Shown here in pieces: positions 11,701-25,396 of a stretch of DNA of 64,000 nucleotides. The stretch comes from Microbotryum violaceum (Eukaryota). Where the stretch lies: the NCBI GenBank assembly GCA_001244265.2, contig CDLV01000006.1, forward strand, positions 2,666,001-2,730,000, read 5' to 3'. The notes under the pieces are model-generated. The model saw only the letters and a program-made list of their open reading frames with translations, ran no database searches and was not told the DNA's origin. Position numbers and translations under genes: made by a program. How positions within the stretch are numbered: position 1 is the stretch's first letter; the number at the start of each line of letters is the position of its first letter.

Positions 11701-14109
11701 TGCTTGTCAGTGTGTCGACCTCGGTCGCGCTATGCTCTGCTCTAGGCGTCAAGGTCACTCTCGTCATTGCCGAGGTTATTCCCTTCCTCGTCCTCGCTAT
11801 CGGAGTCGATAACGTCTTTATCCTCTCCCACGAGCTCGATCAACAGAACCAACGCGCGTACGCTGCAGCTTCACGACATGGACCCCTCTTCGGAGGCGAC
11901 AGTCTCGGCCGTGGGGAGAATGACGACCTGGGCATTGACGATGATCCCGAGGGTCTTCCATCGGCGGAAGAACGAGTCGCTCGAGCAGTTGGTAGGATGG
12001 GCCCTTCGATCCTCCTAAGTGCTTCGTGCGAGACCGTCGCTTTCGCCTTGGGTGCGTTGGTAGGCATGCCCGCCGTTCGCAACTTTGCTATTTATTCCGC
12101 AGTTGCCGTACTCGTCAACGCCGTATTACAAATGACCGTATTCGTTAGCGCCATGGCGATCGACCTTCGGCGCGTCGAGTCGAACCGAATCGATTGTTTC
12201 CCTTGCGTCAAGTTGGCACCGGCTTCCTCGTTCGATTTAGGGTCGACGGTTAGTGAGGGATTTTTGGCGCGTTTCATTCGTACGGTGTATGCACCGATTT
12301 TGTTGTTCAAGCCGGTCAAGTATTTCGTTGTTTCACTCTTTGGGGGCTTGTTCGTCCTCTCTTGGATCGGTGCAAGGCATGTCACACTGGGTTTGGACCA
12401 ACGCCTCGCTTTACCCGGTTCGTCCTACCTCGTGGACTACTTCAACGCCGTCGACTCGTTCCTTGACGTCGGACCCCCCGTCTATTTCGTCGCCCAAAAC
12501 CTCAACTTTTCCTCCCTCGATACCGTCAAATCCATCTGCGGCCGTTTCTCGACCTGCCAAGAACTCTCCTTCGCCAACATTCTCGAAGCCGAACGTAAAC
12601 GCCCCGACTCGTCCTTTGTTGCTGAACCTCCGGCGGTGTGGATCGATGATTTCTTTCAGTGGTTGAATCCGTTACTGGAGGACTGTTGTAGGGTCAAGAT
12701 TTCAGATCCGAACGTGTTTTGTGGCCCGAATGACTCGGAGTTTCAGTGTAGGCCTTGCTTCGAGGATAGGGAACCGGGGTGGAACATCACGCGTGAGTCG
12801 GGCGAATCCCCCCCACTTACGTTTTAGGAGTCTCGGGAAACGTAGTGGACTGACGACTTTGGTCTTTACAGTTGATGGCTTACCTGAAGGTGACGAGTTT
12901 ATGCGCCTGCTCGAGCACTGGCTCGAGTCGCCAACGGACGAATCGTGTCCATTGGGAGGTAAAGCTGCCTACTCGTCGGCACTCAAGATCCAAGATCACT
13001 CCGTCAAGACTTCGCATTTCAGGACGTACCATACGCCGCTTAAAACGCAGGACGATTTCATCAATGCGTATGCTTCGGCGCAGAGGATCTCGGCTGAACT
13101 GTCTAAGAAGACGGGTGCGGAGGTGTTCCCGTATTCGGTGTTTTATGTCTTCTTTGCTTCCTGTGAGTCGATGAGCTGCGCGCTTCTTGGGCGTCGGATC
13201 GCAACCCTGACCCCCCCGATCCCCGATATGATGGACTTGTAGATGCCCACCTCTGGTCAACGGCTCGAGTTGTGCTGTCCATCTCACTCCTTGCCATCTT
13301 CCTCGTCACGGCGCTCCTCCTAGGCTCTTTACGAACGGCTTCCGTCGTCCTCCTGACCGTCTTCCTTTCCTGCGTCAACGTGCTCGGCCTCATGGGCGCT
13401 TGGCATATCTCGCTCAACCCCATCTCCCTCGTGAACCTCGTTATTTCCCTCGGCATCGCCGTCGAATTTTGTTCCCACATCGCCCGAGCCTTCATGGGCG
13501 CCAACGGTGGCGGATTACCTTACCACCACGTTCAAGGTGAAAAAGATCGTAACGATCGATCTATAACCGCCTTAATCGACGTTGGAACTTCAGTAATCGA
13601 AGGAATCACTCTCACCAAATTAATTGGTATCTCCGTCCTCGCTTCAACTAAAAGTCAATTGTTGGAAACTTATTTCGCAAAGATGTGGTTCGGTTTGATT
13701 TTGGTCGGAGCGGTTAATGGTTTGGTTTTTTTACCGGTTGCTTTGAGCTTTTGGGGTGGTCAAGGTCAGTTTTGCTCTCTCTTGTTTGAGCATTCGGATT
13801 TCATGGGGGGGGGGGGGGGGGTAACTACAATACTGATGCGGGGGGGTGTGTCTTTCTTTTTTCTCTTTTGTTTTTTTTTGGGGGGCGATTTAGGTTACGC
13901 ATTAACGACCGAGGACGGTGATGGGAGTTGGATCACTTCGACCGTTGGTTCGCGTTACGAACATGATAGTCATCGACCATATGCCGAAGGTCAGTAACCC
14001 CCCCCTTTCTTTTTAAATCATGAATCGTGTTCTATTGCTAATCCTTTCGGGGGAACGCATTTTTAATGAAATAGATGACGATGACTCGATCGATTCGGAT
14101 CATTATTAA
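8737..14109 (+). CDS. NCR1: Niemann-Pick C1-like sterol transporter (multi-exon)
   Basis: Signal peptide and Cys-rich NTD (GRCAMRSSCG..LPCP, CCD, CPACRNNF). Sterol-sensing domain AEVIPFLVLAIGVDNVFIL and MPAVRNF. Also GPPVYFV, SHFRTYHTPL and LGIAVEFCSHIARAF. Final exon DDDDSIDSDHY* ends at 14109. Confidence 0.96.
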
Positions 14110-14370
14110 GAAGGGACCTCCCTGTGCTCGCTGCCCCTCAAAATGCAATCAGAATACTTTTGTTCATGTGGGAGATATTATCCGTTCTGTTTGGCAACAT
14201 GGGGGAGGAAGAAAAGGAACCACGGAGAGCGTAACTGCAAAGAGAGAGAGAGAGTGTACAAAAAAAAAAAAAAAAAAGAGAGGACAAGGGGGGAAATACA
14301 CATACACACACACAATGTATAGTAGTAGAGAAAGAACAAAACAAAAAACCCTTCTCATCCTTTTTTTCGC

Positions 14371-17300
14371 TTACGAAATGACACCTTCTTCCTCTGTTCC
14401 TGCTCCTGCTCCTTCAGGTTCAGTTAATGTTGATGATGAAGTTGATGAAACGAAGGGAAGTGGGTTGGGTAGTAAAGCTTCGGGGGAGACGTTGGTTGAA
14501 TCTGGGATGGGAGGGAGAGGAGGAAGTGCTGTATAGGTTGAGGGGGTGGAGGAGAGGGTTGGGTTGGGAATGATATCCGATGATGGATATTGGGGGATTT
14601 GGGCTTGACGAGGTTGGAGGGAAGTGGTGACGGATTGCTGGGTGGGTTAAGAAATTAAGAAAATGAGGTTAAGGGACTGGAAATTGTTTGGAATACGGTA
14701 GGAATGGACTTACCCATGCCCAGTAGAGCGACGGGGCGAGGTGGGCGTTGGCGCGTTCGGATCGTTTGGTCGATCGTGATAAAGCGTCGACTGAGAGAGA
14801 ATTGAACATTAAAAAAAACATTGATCAGCATCTCTTCGCTTACCACGCACGCTCTCTCTATCCCGCTAGACTGACTCTGCAATGACCTGGCGACATGTTC
14901 ACTGGAGATGAACTCGTGCGCATAACTGAGACAATCATCGAACGTCGTAACTTGGAACGCACAACCGGCGGGCACGACGACGAATTGACCAACTCCTTGC
15001 CAAATCGTGTAAGGGCGAATACCGGTCGATTTGAATAACTCGGCTCGGAGTGAAGCGTCGAGAAAGACGTTCTCCGTAAAGAGGGGACTGGAAAGAAGAA
15101 GAAAAAAACTCGACTCGTACATCAGCAACTACAAAGCTCAACGAGTCGTGCAGAAAGTATTTTCGTCCCAACTCACTCGTCCTGAGCGTCCCGATAATGC
15201 GCCTTCGTCGTGCCCGCTTTGGCCATCTTTTTAGCCACCAGCTCGAGGATGAAGGCGCGTACGACGTCCGAGTCTTCGTAGCGAAAGATGTCCCAGCGTG
15301 CACTACCGGGCACGTCCGAGGCTGTGGCGGAGGTGTAGGTCATCAGGTTGATATGATCTGTTGCTTTCACTGAGGAGGTGCCAAATAAACTGGGTGTCAG
15401 GCGGCGGCTGTGAGGACTTGATGGAAGAGCAGGTACGTACTGTGCAGCAAGGTCGACCCTCGACCGGCCCATGTGAAAGCACATCGCGGTCCGACCTCGG
15501 GTTCTAAAGCGTTGAGAGGCACGTGCGACAACGGGTTGAGCACCCCATCAGGTCTCAGTAATTCGGGCAGTGGCACCGTAGCCAAATACTATCAAGTCAA
15601 ATCTTAAATCAGTTTCAGTCGTTAAGACACCCCATCTCACACCACGACGCCAGCCACTCACCGCATTCGACAACTCGGGCAAGGCCTCCCTCAACCCTTT
15701 TGCTGGGAAATTCCTGACCTTCCAACTCCTCGTATCCCTCTTGGTCTGACCATACATCCCAAAGAAGTAACTCGCAAGAGTCGGCGTCCTTTCCCCACTC
15801 TTGTGATTCTCCAACGTCAAAGAGACGTCACCGAATTTTTGGACGAATGTCTCGGGTGTCCACTTATCCAAACCACCTTCTTGGATCGGGGCCCCATCCA
15901 AAAGGACAGGTTCGTTGCGAGCCCATACTTGATGCCAAAGGTCTTTGGTGAGTGATGAAACGGCGAGTACGATTCCGGGTCTTTCGGAAGCTAGGATCGG
16001 GTTATCCGAGTATAAAGAGGCAATCTGGTCAGGTGGGATCGCTTCGTTGTGCGAGAGGACGGGGTGTTCAGCCTTCCATCGCATTACGTCCGCGAGGAGG
16101 GACTGCATTTCGATTCGGTTGATGCGCGTCAAGGGAGTGAATTGCGTGTGAGAGTGAGCGCTGACGCGTTTCTTGCCGTGGGAGAGACAACGCCTTCGTC
16201 GGTGTTGATCCGAAGTTAGACCGTTGATATCTAGCGTTCCATCTTGTATCGCTTCGTCAAGTTTGACCAAGGCCTCATAACACCTCGAGCATGCTGCCCG
16301 ACCACAAATTTCGCAAATCCAATCGCCGGCAAGAGGGGCGATCAAGCAGGTCGTACACAACACCGTCGTACTCAATTGTCGAGGAACTCGCACCGCGCGA
16401 GTCGAAGACGCATGACGCAATTCCCTTTCGAGCAATGGCCCCAAAGAAGGTGCGATCGCGGTCCTCAATTCGTCCGCCTGTTCCTTCTTCGGACTCTGAC
16501 CAAATTGTGGTTGCTCTTCCAACTGCGTTGCGATATCTTGATCCAAACTCAAGATCGTCGGACAAGCGATGATCGATCCCGTCGCATCAACGCCGAACGA
16601 TCGAACCCCTCTAAACGCACATACCGCGTCAACGAATTCTTCTGTCGGAGTCGACTTGATAGCGAGACAGAGGTGACATTTCGGATGACCTTCGATCGAC
16701 TTTGAAAGGCAAGTCGTTGATTGAAGTTGCCAAGTGGCAGGTTCTTCTCCCGTAGGTTCGAAAGGCGGTGGCGTAGGACTGGACAAACGACCGTTCGTAC
16801 CGCCTTTGGTTCTCTTCTTCGATGAACCGCGCGAAGAACCACCGTCGGATGTGCGAGATCGCTTGAGCGCGGAAGCAGAACACATTACGGTGTGACCGTT
16901 CGCTAAAGCATCGGCTGTCAAGGCGGTCGGCATGGGCGTCGAGGGTGGTGGCAAGAGGGCCGAGAGTGCAGGATCAGAGTAGTTCATCGATGCGCTTCGC
17001 CATGTATTGCTTCGATTGGCGAAAGATAGGTCGGGAAATTGTGTGGTGATCGAAGAGGGAGGTGCTGACATTGGACCCGGATTCCGCAAGACGCCGTAAT
17101 CACGTAGGCCAGGGACAAGACCGTTCGAGATGTCCATTAAGGACTGAGAAGCAAGGTACTCGGGTGGTAGGTCGAGCAAGTCTCGGTATTCGGGAAGGTG
17201 CGAAAGTGAGATCGTCTCGGACGTATTGTCGTCGAGCCAATGTGTCGTCAGCACGATATGATTGAACCGTGTTTCGGGTGCGAGGTCGTGGGGTGGTCGA

Positions 17301-18960
17301 GCGGGCAAGATGGTCGGGTCCTTGATGCTCGGTGTCTGCTGCTGCATCTTGGCCGCATGCACGGCCATAGCGAGCGTCGAAGCGGCCGAGGACGTTCTCC
17401 TACCTCGAACCAAATTCCCTCCCGGACCTCGCATCCTCGCCGCATCGCTACCGTTCCAACCCGACATGCCCAAATTCGACCCCGAATAAGGTGACTGCAT
17501 ACCCAAGTTCGACTCGTCATCCCCTTTACCGTTGCCCGCATTCGCGGCGGCCATACGTTGTCTCATCCTCTGTTGGTACTGCAACAAGCGTGCGGCCTTT
17601 GCCGCATCGTGTTGTCGGAACGCTTCTTCGTTCACTTGGGCCGAGGTGAAGGTCGAGCTAAAATCGGCGGCGGCGGAGCGATGCTTTTCACTTTCTAAAT
17701 CACCTGTCGGTGCATCGTTGAGACTTCGGAAATGGTCCGGATCGTCTAGCATCGGTGTTCGTTCAAAGGAGGATTCCATCGAAGGCGTAGCAAAGTTGAT
17801 ATAGTGGAACGGCATGGGGGAAATCGTCAAGGAAGCGACGGTAGGTTGACCATCCGGGCCTAAAGGTGGAATCGCGTTGAGGTTCGAAGTTGAAGCGATC
17901 GGAGGTTCGTCCAAGGGTGCGGTGGGGTTGAAGAGCGACGAATTCTCCGGATTGAGCATCATTGAGGCGTTGACCGAAAAGGCAGGTCGAGTCTGGTTTG
18001 AGGATAACACGGGTGAGGATTCAATCTCGACAATGTTGGGCGTCGACTCGATCGAGCCTTGGCCGTAACCGTGTTGACCATTCGCCAGGGTGAATTGACC
18101 AATCAAAGGCGGCGACCGCATCAAACTGGGATCTCCATCCAGTCCCCGATCGTCGAATCGACTCGCAGCAGCGAGGGTGAAGGCGGAGGTGTTGGAACTC
18201 GGACCAGCGGCGGGGGCGGTGGAGATTCTTCTCCGACGGGAAAAGGCGAACGCAAAGGAGGGGGGACGAGCACTCGGTTTGAGCTCGTCTTCGGCGTTGT
18301 ACTGGATCGGATTCAGTTCGGGAGAAGGCGGGTTCGTGTAGGCATGACCATCGATGCCGTCGTTGGCTTCCGGTGGGGCCAGACTGTTTGAATCCTCAAA
18401 GGCGGAGGAGGCGGTCATACCCGACTCGGCTAGACATAAAATAGAAATGGGGGAACGCTTTCGTGAGCGCATGTAAACACAGAGAGCCGCAATACGGTCG
18501 GGTGGAGCTCACCGGTGTCCAATCCGGCTGCGATTGAAGATGCGACGAGTGCCTCGAGGTCGAACTGGGGTGTGGTCTGTTGATGAGGTTCGAGCAAAGG
18601 GGTTTGGGCAGCGAGACCGAGCAGTGCGGTGACATCAAGATCGGCCAGCGAGGCAAGCTTGTCCGTGAGGATGTCGTTGAGGGCTTGCGAATGAGTGTTT
18701 TCTGCTGCTGTGGTGGTGATCGTCGTCGTGGCTGCATGTGATTTGCGGAGAGGTGAGGTCGAGGTCGAGTTGGAGGTCGAGTTGGAGGTCGAGGTGGAGG
18801 TTGATGGCGGCTGGGAGGACGTCGCAGGACCGCGCGGCGATGACCGGATCGCTGTTACACCTACACCCGTAGCCTCATTCGAGTCGGCTGCGGCATGTTG
18901 CAAACAAAAGCGCTCAGCTTCGGTTTCGTCTTCGTCTACGCTGAAGCCTGACTGACCCAT
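14371..18960 (-). CDS. KDM3/JHDM2-family JmjC and zinc-finger protein, predicted catalytically inactive
   Basis: Zinc finger CTTC..WICEICGRAACSRC. JmjC segments W..NEPV, DGVLNPLSH, ARWDIFR, LHD..FLD..LRAELF and IWQGVGQFVVVPAGC. The 3' end is approximate. Confidence 0.85.
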
Positions 18961-19118
18961 GGTGCGACCTAGAGAGCGAGCTGCGACGCTGTCGGATTCG
19001 AGGATGTGCCCAAACTATCTTGTAGAGGCAACGCCCAGTCTACACTCCGCCCGTGACGGGGTGTAACGTCGCGCGGTAAGCTCGAAATAAATAGGTTTCA
19101 GCTGTGAAGCTACAGCCT

Positions 19119-19166
19119 AACTGGAACTGGAACTGGAACTGGAACTGGAACTGGAACTGGAACTGG
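19119..19166 (+). repeat. (AACTGG)n hexamer microsatellite, about 8 copies, upstream of the JmjC gene
   Basis: Directly visible. Confidence 0.9.
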
Positions 19167-19792
19167 CGTGGCGTGGCGCACTCGCAGGGAGGTTTGGACT
19201 TGGAAACTGTCACCTCACCGCGGGGGAGAGCGCAGGCGAAACGCATACAAATACAGCGCATACAAATACATGTGGCGCATTCCCGTCCGCGCCTGTCTCT
19301 CTTTCGTCCTTGTCGTGCCCCTTCCGCCTGCCGCCGCACTCGGCCCATCCCATCGCCCAATCACCGCCGCCATCCGCCACCGTCATAAAGGAAAGGCTCT
19401 GCCATGGCTCATGCACCCTACAGCGATCACACGCTAGAAAAAACACATCATTTTCATCCCACCCAGTACTCGCTCTGGCCCGCGTTCCTTTTGCCGCTCC
19501 AGGTAAACCAGTCTCTCTCCCTTCAACCCCAGACCATTGTATGTTTCCTCTTTTTAGTGTGGTGTGAGGAATTGCAAAGAAAGACAACCCGAAAAAACAG
19601 ACGAAAAAAAGCCAGTGAGCCTCGTCCGTCCGCCCCCGTCTTGCTTCCCGGACGATACCCCCAAAAATTGCAAGCACCTCATCGAGTCCCCCACCCCTGG
19701 TGTTCATTTTTGTACCGTCCTAAAACTACGACTTTGATCCTGATCGATCGAACTCTCCCATCATCTCGGTTCGTGCGTAGAGAACGAAACGC

Positions 19793-20642
19793 TTACTTGC
19801 GGCCCAAAAGGATACCGTCAAACTGTTTGGGAGAGATCGTCATCAGCATATGACATGACACTCGTCAAGATTAGAAAACAAAACAGAACGTACGCGTTGC
19901 TTGAACCAGTTTTGAGATTGCTCCTTGGTAACACGGTGGGGGGCACCGACGCGCGAGGTGCAGCGCTTACGCCTGGCGACACGTCCACCCGGTCGACCCA
20001 TGATGACGTAAAAGTCCATACCAAAGATACCAATTCCGGGGTCGTACTTCATACCGAGGTCGATGTGCTCATCAACGCCGAAGCCAAAGTTGCCCGTCTC
20101 GGAGAAATTCCTCTTCCTAAGTTCGTACTCCTTCACCTTCAACCCGCGTTCGAGGATCTCCTCCGCCTTCGGTCCACGAATCGTGACGTGCACGGCGATC
20201 TTCTCGTTACGACGAATACCAAAGTGACGAACCGTGTAGCGCGCCTTGGAAGTGACCGGGGTTTGACCGGTCAATTGTTCGAGAACCTTGGACGCTCGCG
20301 TCAATCGATCACCGGATTCACCGACCGAGATGTCTGTTGCACGAGTGCGTATTGGGATGCAATCAGTCACCTGTCTCTCCTTCACTCTGCTAGTATTCCC
20401 CGTTCATTCAACTATCGTATCATCCGCAAGCGCCGTCGTCTACGCTCCCCTGCGCTCCCCCCTCCCGCCCCTCGCGCCTCGCCACGCCCGCCGACGCGCG
20501 AAAGTCGCAATTCGCTGCCGTGGCCCGCTCCCACTCCAAGCCACAGAATGGGACGACGACCCCAATTCGTAAACTTACTGATGACGAGCTTCTCAATTCG
20601 GAGTTCCCGCATGGGGTTGGCGGCTTTAGTCGTTTCGGCCAT
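19793..20642 (-). CDS. RPL11: 60S ribosomal protein uL5 (L11)
   Basis: [21 protein letters not shown] / [26 protein letters not shown]...[22 protein letters not shown] / FDGILLGRK*. Confidence 0.97.
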
Positions 20643-21413
20643 CGCTGTAAAAGTTTTCCACTGTTCACCACACCACCGTACAAGGACCGCGGGGGGTTGG
20701 TATTAGAACGAGACGAGGGACGCAGCGGCCAGTCGGGGCGGGGCAGGGCAGGGCAGGGTAGGGCAAGGGCAGGGTAGAGCAAGGGCAAGGCGGCAAAGGG
20801 CGCGCGCTCGCGAAGGGGGCGGCGCGGTGGGTTGTTCGTAGGTCGTTTTCGAGGGCGCAATGGGGCGCACAGAGGTTGATTAGGTGGGTGGGTGAAGGGT
20901 GAAGGGTGGAATGGAAGAGAGAGGTCAAAGGAAAAGAACAAGGTCAGTACAGCGGTCCTAGGATAGGTCAGAGGTCTTGTAGAGGGTTGGCTCACGGAAA
21001 GTCTGACGAGGGCGGAGACGAGAAAAGAGCACGGCCGCGGCGCACTCGTCTTTCGCGCGCGCCGCCGCCAGCGACCAGCAACTCTTTGGCGGCCACCCAG
21101 CGCCGGCGTACAGTGCGTCTCAGGGGGTCCGAGCGCGCCGTGGCAACTTGCCAAACTTGGTCAAGTTTCGCAAACTCGGTTCGGTGACCACGTCTGCCCT
21201 ACACATAAAGGAGGAAAATTGAAATTCAAGAAAATAAATAGAATGTCACCGCCGCGGGGCTTGGTCACCTGTCGTCCAAGTCGACCGATCCGATAACCGA
21301 AAATCATCGGGCTAGTATGTCTGGCCTGGTATTCCGCGCCGGGCTCCACCTTCTCCCCTCCCCCCCATACCCCTCATCCCGGATCCTCGCAAAGATCCGC
21401 TCTCAACCTAGTC

Positions 21414-22550
21414 ATGACGTAAGTACCCAACCAAACGACGCCTCTTCTTTCAGTCGTGAAATGACGAGTTTTCCGTCTGCCCCAATTCCTACAGATCACT
21501 CAACCCATCCCACTTCCCAATCTCGTCCTTATCCTCCTCTTCGTCATCGTCATCGAACGACGACGCTCGTTTCCACGGTCAAGCCGTACATCAATCCGTC
21601 TCCTTCGAACCTGAAAGCTCGTCATCACACCATCATCACTATCAGCAAAAGAAGGACTCATTCGAACCCACCGCCACCGCCACCGCTTCTTCTTCCTTTG
21701 CTGAACCTTCATGGAAAGGTGCATGGGCACGTCGACAAGCTCACAAGAAAGCTCAACGACTTGAACGAGAACGAAATTTTCAAAACGATGGGGATAGGGA
21801 TGATGATCAGCAAACGAAAGAAAGTTTCAATCGATCTTCTTTATTGGAAAAGGTTGGTTTTTCGAATAAGGAGAAGATCAGGAAGAAGGTTAAGGATCAT
21901 GATCATCAGAGGATATCGGTTCCTCCTATTCCGGATTTGAGGTACGAACAAGGGATCCTTATGTCCATAAGACCTTTCTTACATCGTGTTCAACCTACTA
22001 CTACTACATCAACTACGGTCATTCCTTTGGATACTGAAACCATTCTCGTCGACGAGGATATCAATCGTCTTCGATCGGATCAAGAACGAAATGAAGAACG
22101 TAAAGAGGTGCAGGAAAAGACGACGATGGTTTCGAGTGCTTTAACGTGTGAAGCTGCAAAGGAAGGGTTGAAGAAAGGTGAACAGACCGATTTATTCGCC
22201 GGTCCTTTGAGGTTCGAATGGGGGAAGATAATGTATGTGATTTTTAGGGATCAAGTAAGTTTTTGCGGGGGAGCGGAGCGGAAAATCTTTTGGGCCCGCG
22301 ATCAGTTGGGAGGATCGTCGCGTTGACTAATGTTATTTACATTTGTTTTTGATTGTAGTTCATCTACCCTTTACTTCAAGGTTTGGTCTGGGGCGTAGGC
22401 GGGCTATGGATCGCGTCGTTGTGGGACTGGAACAAGAGTCGATCGGACGCGAATGCGGGTGCGGCGAGCGCGACGAGAGGGACGGTGAAGAAGGGTGTGT
22501 CACCTGTTTCGAACTGGTTGGCCAAATTTGGTCTCAAGGCGAAGTCGTGA
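21414..22550 (+). CDS. DUF1770-like protein with C-terminal transmembrane segment (3 exons)
   Basis: ATG 21414 with GTAAGT donor. Contains PPIPDLRYEQGILMSI and WGKIMYVIFRDQ/FIYPLLQGLVWG, matching my recollection of the DUF1770 pattern (P.PDLRFEQ...RDQ..PL.QG..W). Stop at 22550. Confidence 0.7.
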
Positions 22551-22950
22551 TCAGGATTGGGTGATGCTGAGTGGGCAGGGGAGGGTTAGCAGAGTAGCTC
22601 TAGGGGATGAATACGTTGCTCGGAAACGTTGAGAACCGCCGAGCTGCTGTGCTTCGGTCGAGAGGTCGGGTATTGCATAGTCAGGGTGATTGGATATAAA
22701 AAAATGTGAGAATGTTGTAATTCCTACTGTTTGACGTATAAGTACGGGAGATGCTGTAGCCAGTTGAAAAGTGGGTTTTTCCTGAACTGGCTGCCTTCCT
22801 AATAGTTCCTAATGGCCGTTTTTTCGATCGCGTCCTCTTCTGGTCGCGCTCTCTTCTGGGGACTCTTTTTCCTCGTCTGTCCACCCTTGCACACGCAAAA
22901 CACGCCCCAACCTGTGTGCAAAAACCAAGCGAGGAACTTGCATTCAAATC

Positions 22951-23482
22951 ATGGCCACAGCACTACTACTACGTACTACTACCCGCACGACGACGACGAC
23001 CTCATCGCACCTCCTCTCCCTCCTCCCACTCCCACTCCCACGACTAACCCTCCTCTCACCCTCAACATCCTCCCCATCCTACGTGCCCATCTCAACAACA
23101 ACAACAACAACGAGCTCACCTTGGAATCGAATAGGGAACGTAGTCGAAAGTTTGAGGGGATGGTTAACATTACCACCTATTATTTGGGCCGTTCCCAAGA
23201 GTAAGGTTTCACATAGTAAGAAATCGATGAGGAGTTCGGGTAAAGGTTTGAAACAACGTACAAGTGAGTTAAGAGTATGCGAACAGGGTTTGGGTAGGTG
23301 GGTGGGGTGATATGGGCGTAGACTCTGATGGTCCTTGACTTGTGTCCTTCCGCCTGGGTTTAGATTTGGTTGGTTGTCCTTCTTGTGGTTTACCTAAACC
23401 TTCGCATACGATATGTCACGAATGTCATGTCGCTTTTAGGAAGGAGGTTCATGCGGAGGTTAAGATGCTGAGAAAGGTATGA
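22951..23482 (+). CDS. MRPL32: Mitochondrial ribosomal protein bL32m precursor
   Basis: Ser/Thr/Arg-rich presequence, then WAVPKSKVSHSKKSMR, and after an intron LVGCPSCGLPKPSHTICHEC (CxxC..CxxC zinc ribbon). Stop at 23482. Confidence 0.9.
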
Positions 23483-23901
23483 GGAAGCGAGTAGGGAGGA
23501 GGGGAGAGAGGGATAAAGGAGTCGTTTGGGGGATGATATGTAACAAGGGTTCTGGGTTCCAACTTTGATTGTCGCTGTAGGAGCCTTGCGAGATGGCGGG
23601 GTGTGTCATGAGGTCATCGATCGCGTAGAGTCATCGACGAGCTCGGAAATGGACAAATACAAAAAAAAAAAAATCCTTCGCAAAATAAAGTTAAAGACGC
23701 AAAAGAATACTTTGAGCTACTCCAACAATCCCGAACCACTCGCCCAATCTCCAAAAGTAATGGCACCATCAGAGGGAGGTCCAAGCTCAGAAATCCGGTT
23801 CGTCTTCGCAGCACGCGAGAGCACGCGTCGGCTGACCCCCGCAAGTCGACCGGATTCAAACCCCCTCCGCAGATCTCTCTCTCCCTTCCCCACGCTATTA
23901 A

Positions 23902-25260
23902 ATGTCTTACCACGTCCATCCGGATCGACAAGCTGGGCCTTCGAATGGGAGTTCGAGGGGAGGAAGTAATGAAGCGAGTACTTCTTCTACACGAGGTGGG
24001 AAAGCTGGAAGAGGTCGTCGGGTCGGCGGTAATCGAGTAGGAGTAGGAGGACAAGCAGTGATAGAGGGACCTTTGTCTTCGATCCCTTCTGGTGCGTTTC
24101 AGCGAGGATATATACTGAAGGTGTGCAGAGTGCTGATTGGATGTGCGTTGGGTTTGTCTGTTCGAGGGAGGGAATAGGTTCAGTATCCAAATTGAAAGCT
24201 CAGTTGAGGCAGACGAAGCGATTGTTGGCTCGTGTGAGCCACTCTGCACCTTACACGAACCAAACAGTAAACTCAACACTGACAACACCGTCCAAATCTT
24301 TTCTTTACAGCAAGATTTGACCCCCGATGTAAGAACGACGACCGAACGTCGTCTCGCCACACTCGAATCGGAATTAATCATGGCGCAAGATTCAACTTTG
24401 GAGAAAAAGATGGTCGTCAGGTATAAAGGTGTCAGATTCTTTGGTAAGTCTTCTCAAGCTTTTCAAGTGTCGATTTTCCCTTGCGCACAAAAAGTTGACC
24501 CCCCACCCCCCCCCCCCGATCCCCAAACAGAACGTCAGAAATGCTTACGCAAAATTCGTCAAGCTCTCAAAACGGAGCCACCGACGGCTCTCTCCATTCG
24601 AACGCTCTTTGAAGCTCGTTCGGACCTCTATTACGTACTCCATTTCCCCATCAAGGAGAGATATATTGCCCTCTTTCCCGAGGGACAGTATGTGCCGTTT
24701 GTTAAAGAGGGAGAGGAGTTGAAGGGGAGTGAGAGGAAGAGGTGGCAAGTTAGGAAGGGGTTTAGAGATTTGTTGGAGAGGGGGAAGTGGAGGAGGAGGT
24801 GGAGAAGGGGCTGTTGGGCATACAGGGGGAGCAGGATCATAAGGAAGAGGGAGACGTCAACGAGAATGGCAAGAGGGCGAGGGAAGGAGAGGAGGAGGAA
24901 GAGGAAGAGGAGGAGGAGGAGGAAGAAAAGAAGGTTGGGAAAAAGGAGAGCCGGAAGATCCTGGCGGAGGCACCGAACGAAGTCAAGAAGAAGAAACCAT
25001 CCCCAACGAATTCGAACGAGAAAGAAACTACTGCACCACCTGCATTGACTTCTGCTCCAAAGCCCGTATCCGCATTGACCAAGCCAACAACCACCCCAAC
25101 CGCAGCCGACGCGACTCAACTCATATCCAAGAAGGATCGCAAAGCCGAAAAGGACGCGAAACGAAAAGCCGCCAAGGAGAGGACTTTAACGACCAAGGCC
25201 TCGACAAAGGAGGAGCTTGAACCGAAAGGGTGGGCAGGGGATGATGACTTCTTTGCTTGA
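23902..25260 (+). CDS. EFG1: rRNA-processing protein Efg1; apparent 1-nt frameshift in a G run near 24780
   Basis: GVSKLKAQLRQTKRLL, EKKMVVRYKGVRFF/ERQK, DLYYVLHFP..ERYIALFP and C-terminal DDDFFA*. Confidence 0.88.
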
Positions 25261-25396
25261 TTCGCTTAGGGGTTGTTGCATGTTACTTCGTTTCTCAGTG
25301 GAGTGTGAAGAGCAGTGTGGCTATGTAACAATTACATCTACCGCAACGGAGAGATGTTAGAGAGCTGGGCGCAGTGTGGATGGATTAATCATGTGC

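Noticed and set aside
24770-24795. Programmed frameshift or pseudogenisation of EFG1
   Set aside because: One extra G in the G run restores ERGEVEEEVEKG and the conserved DDDFF end. A homopolymer sequencing error is far more likely.
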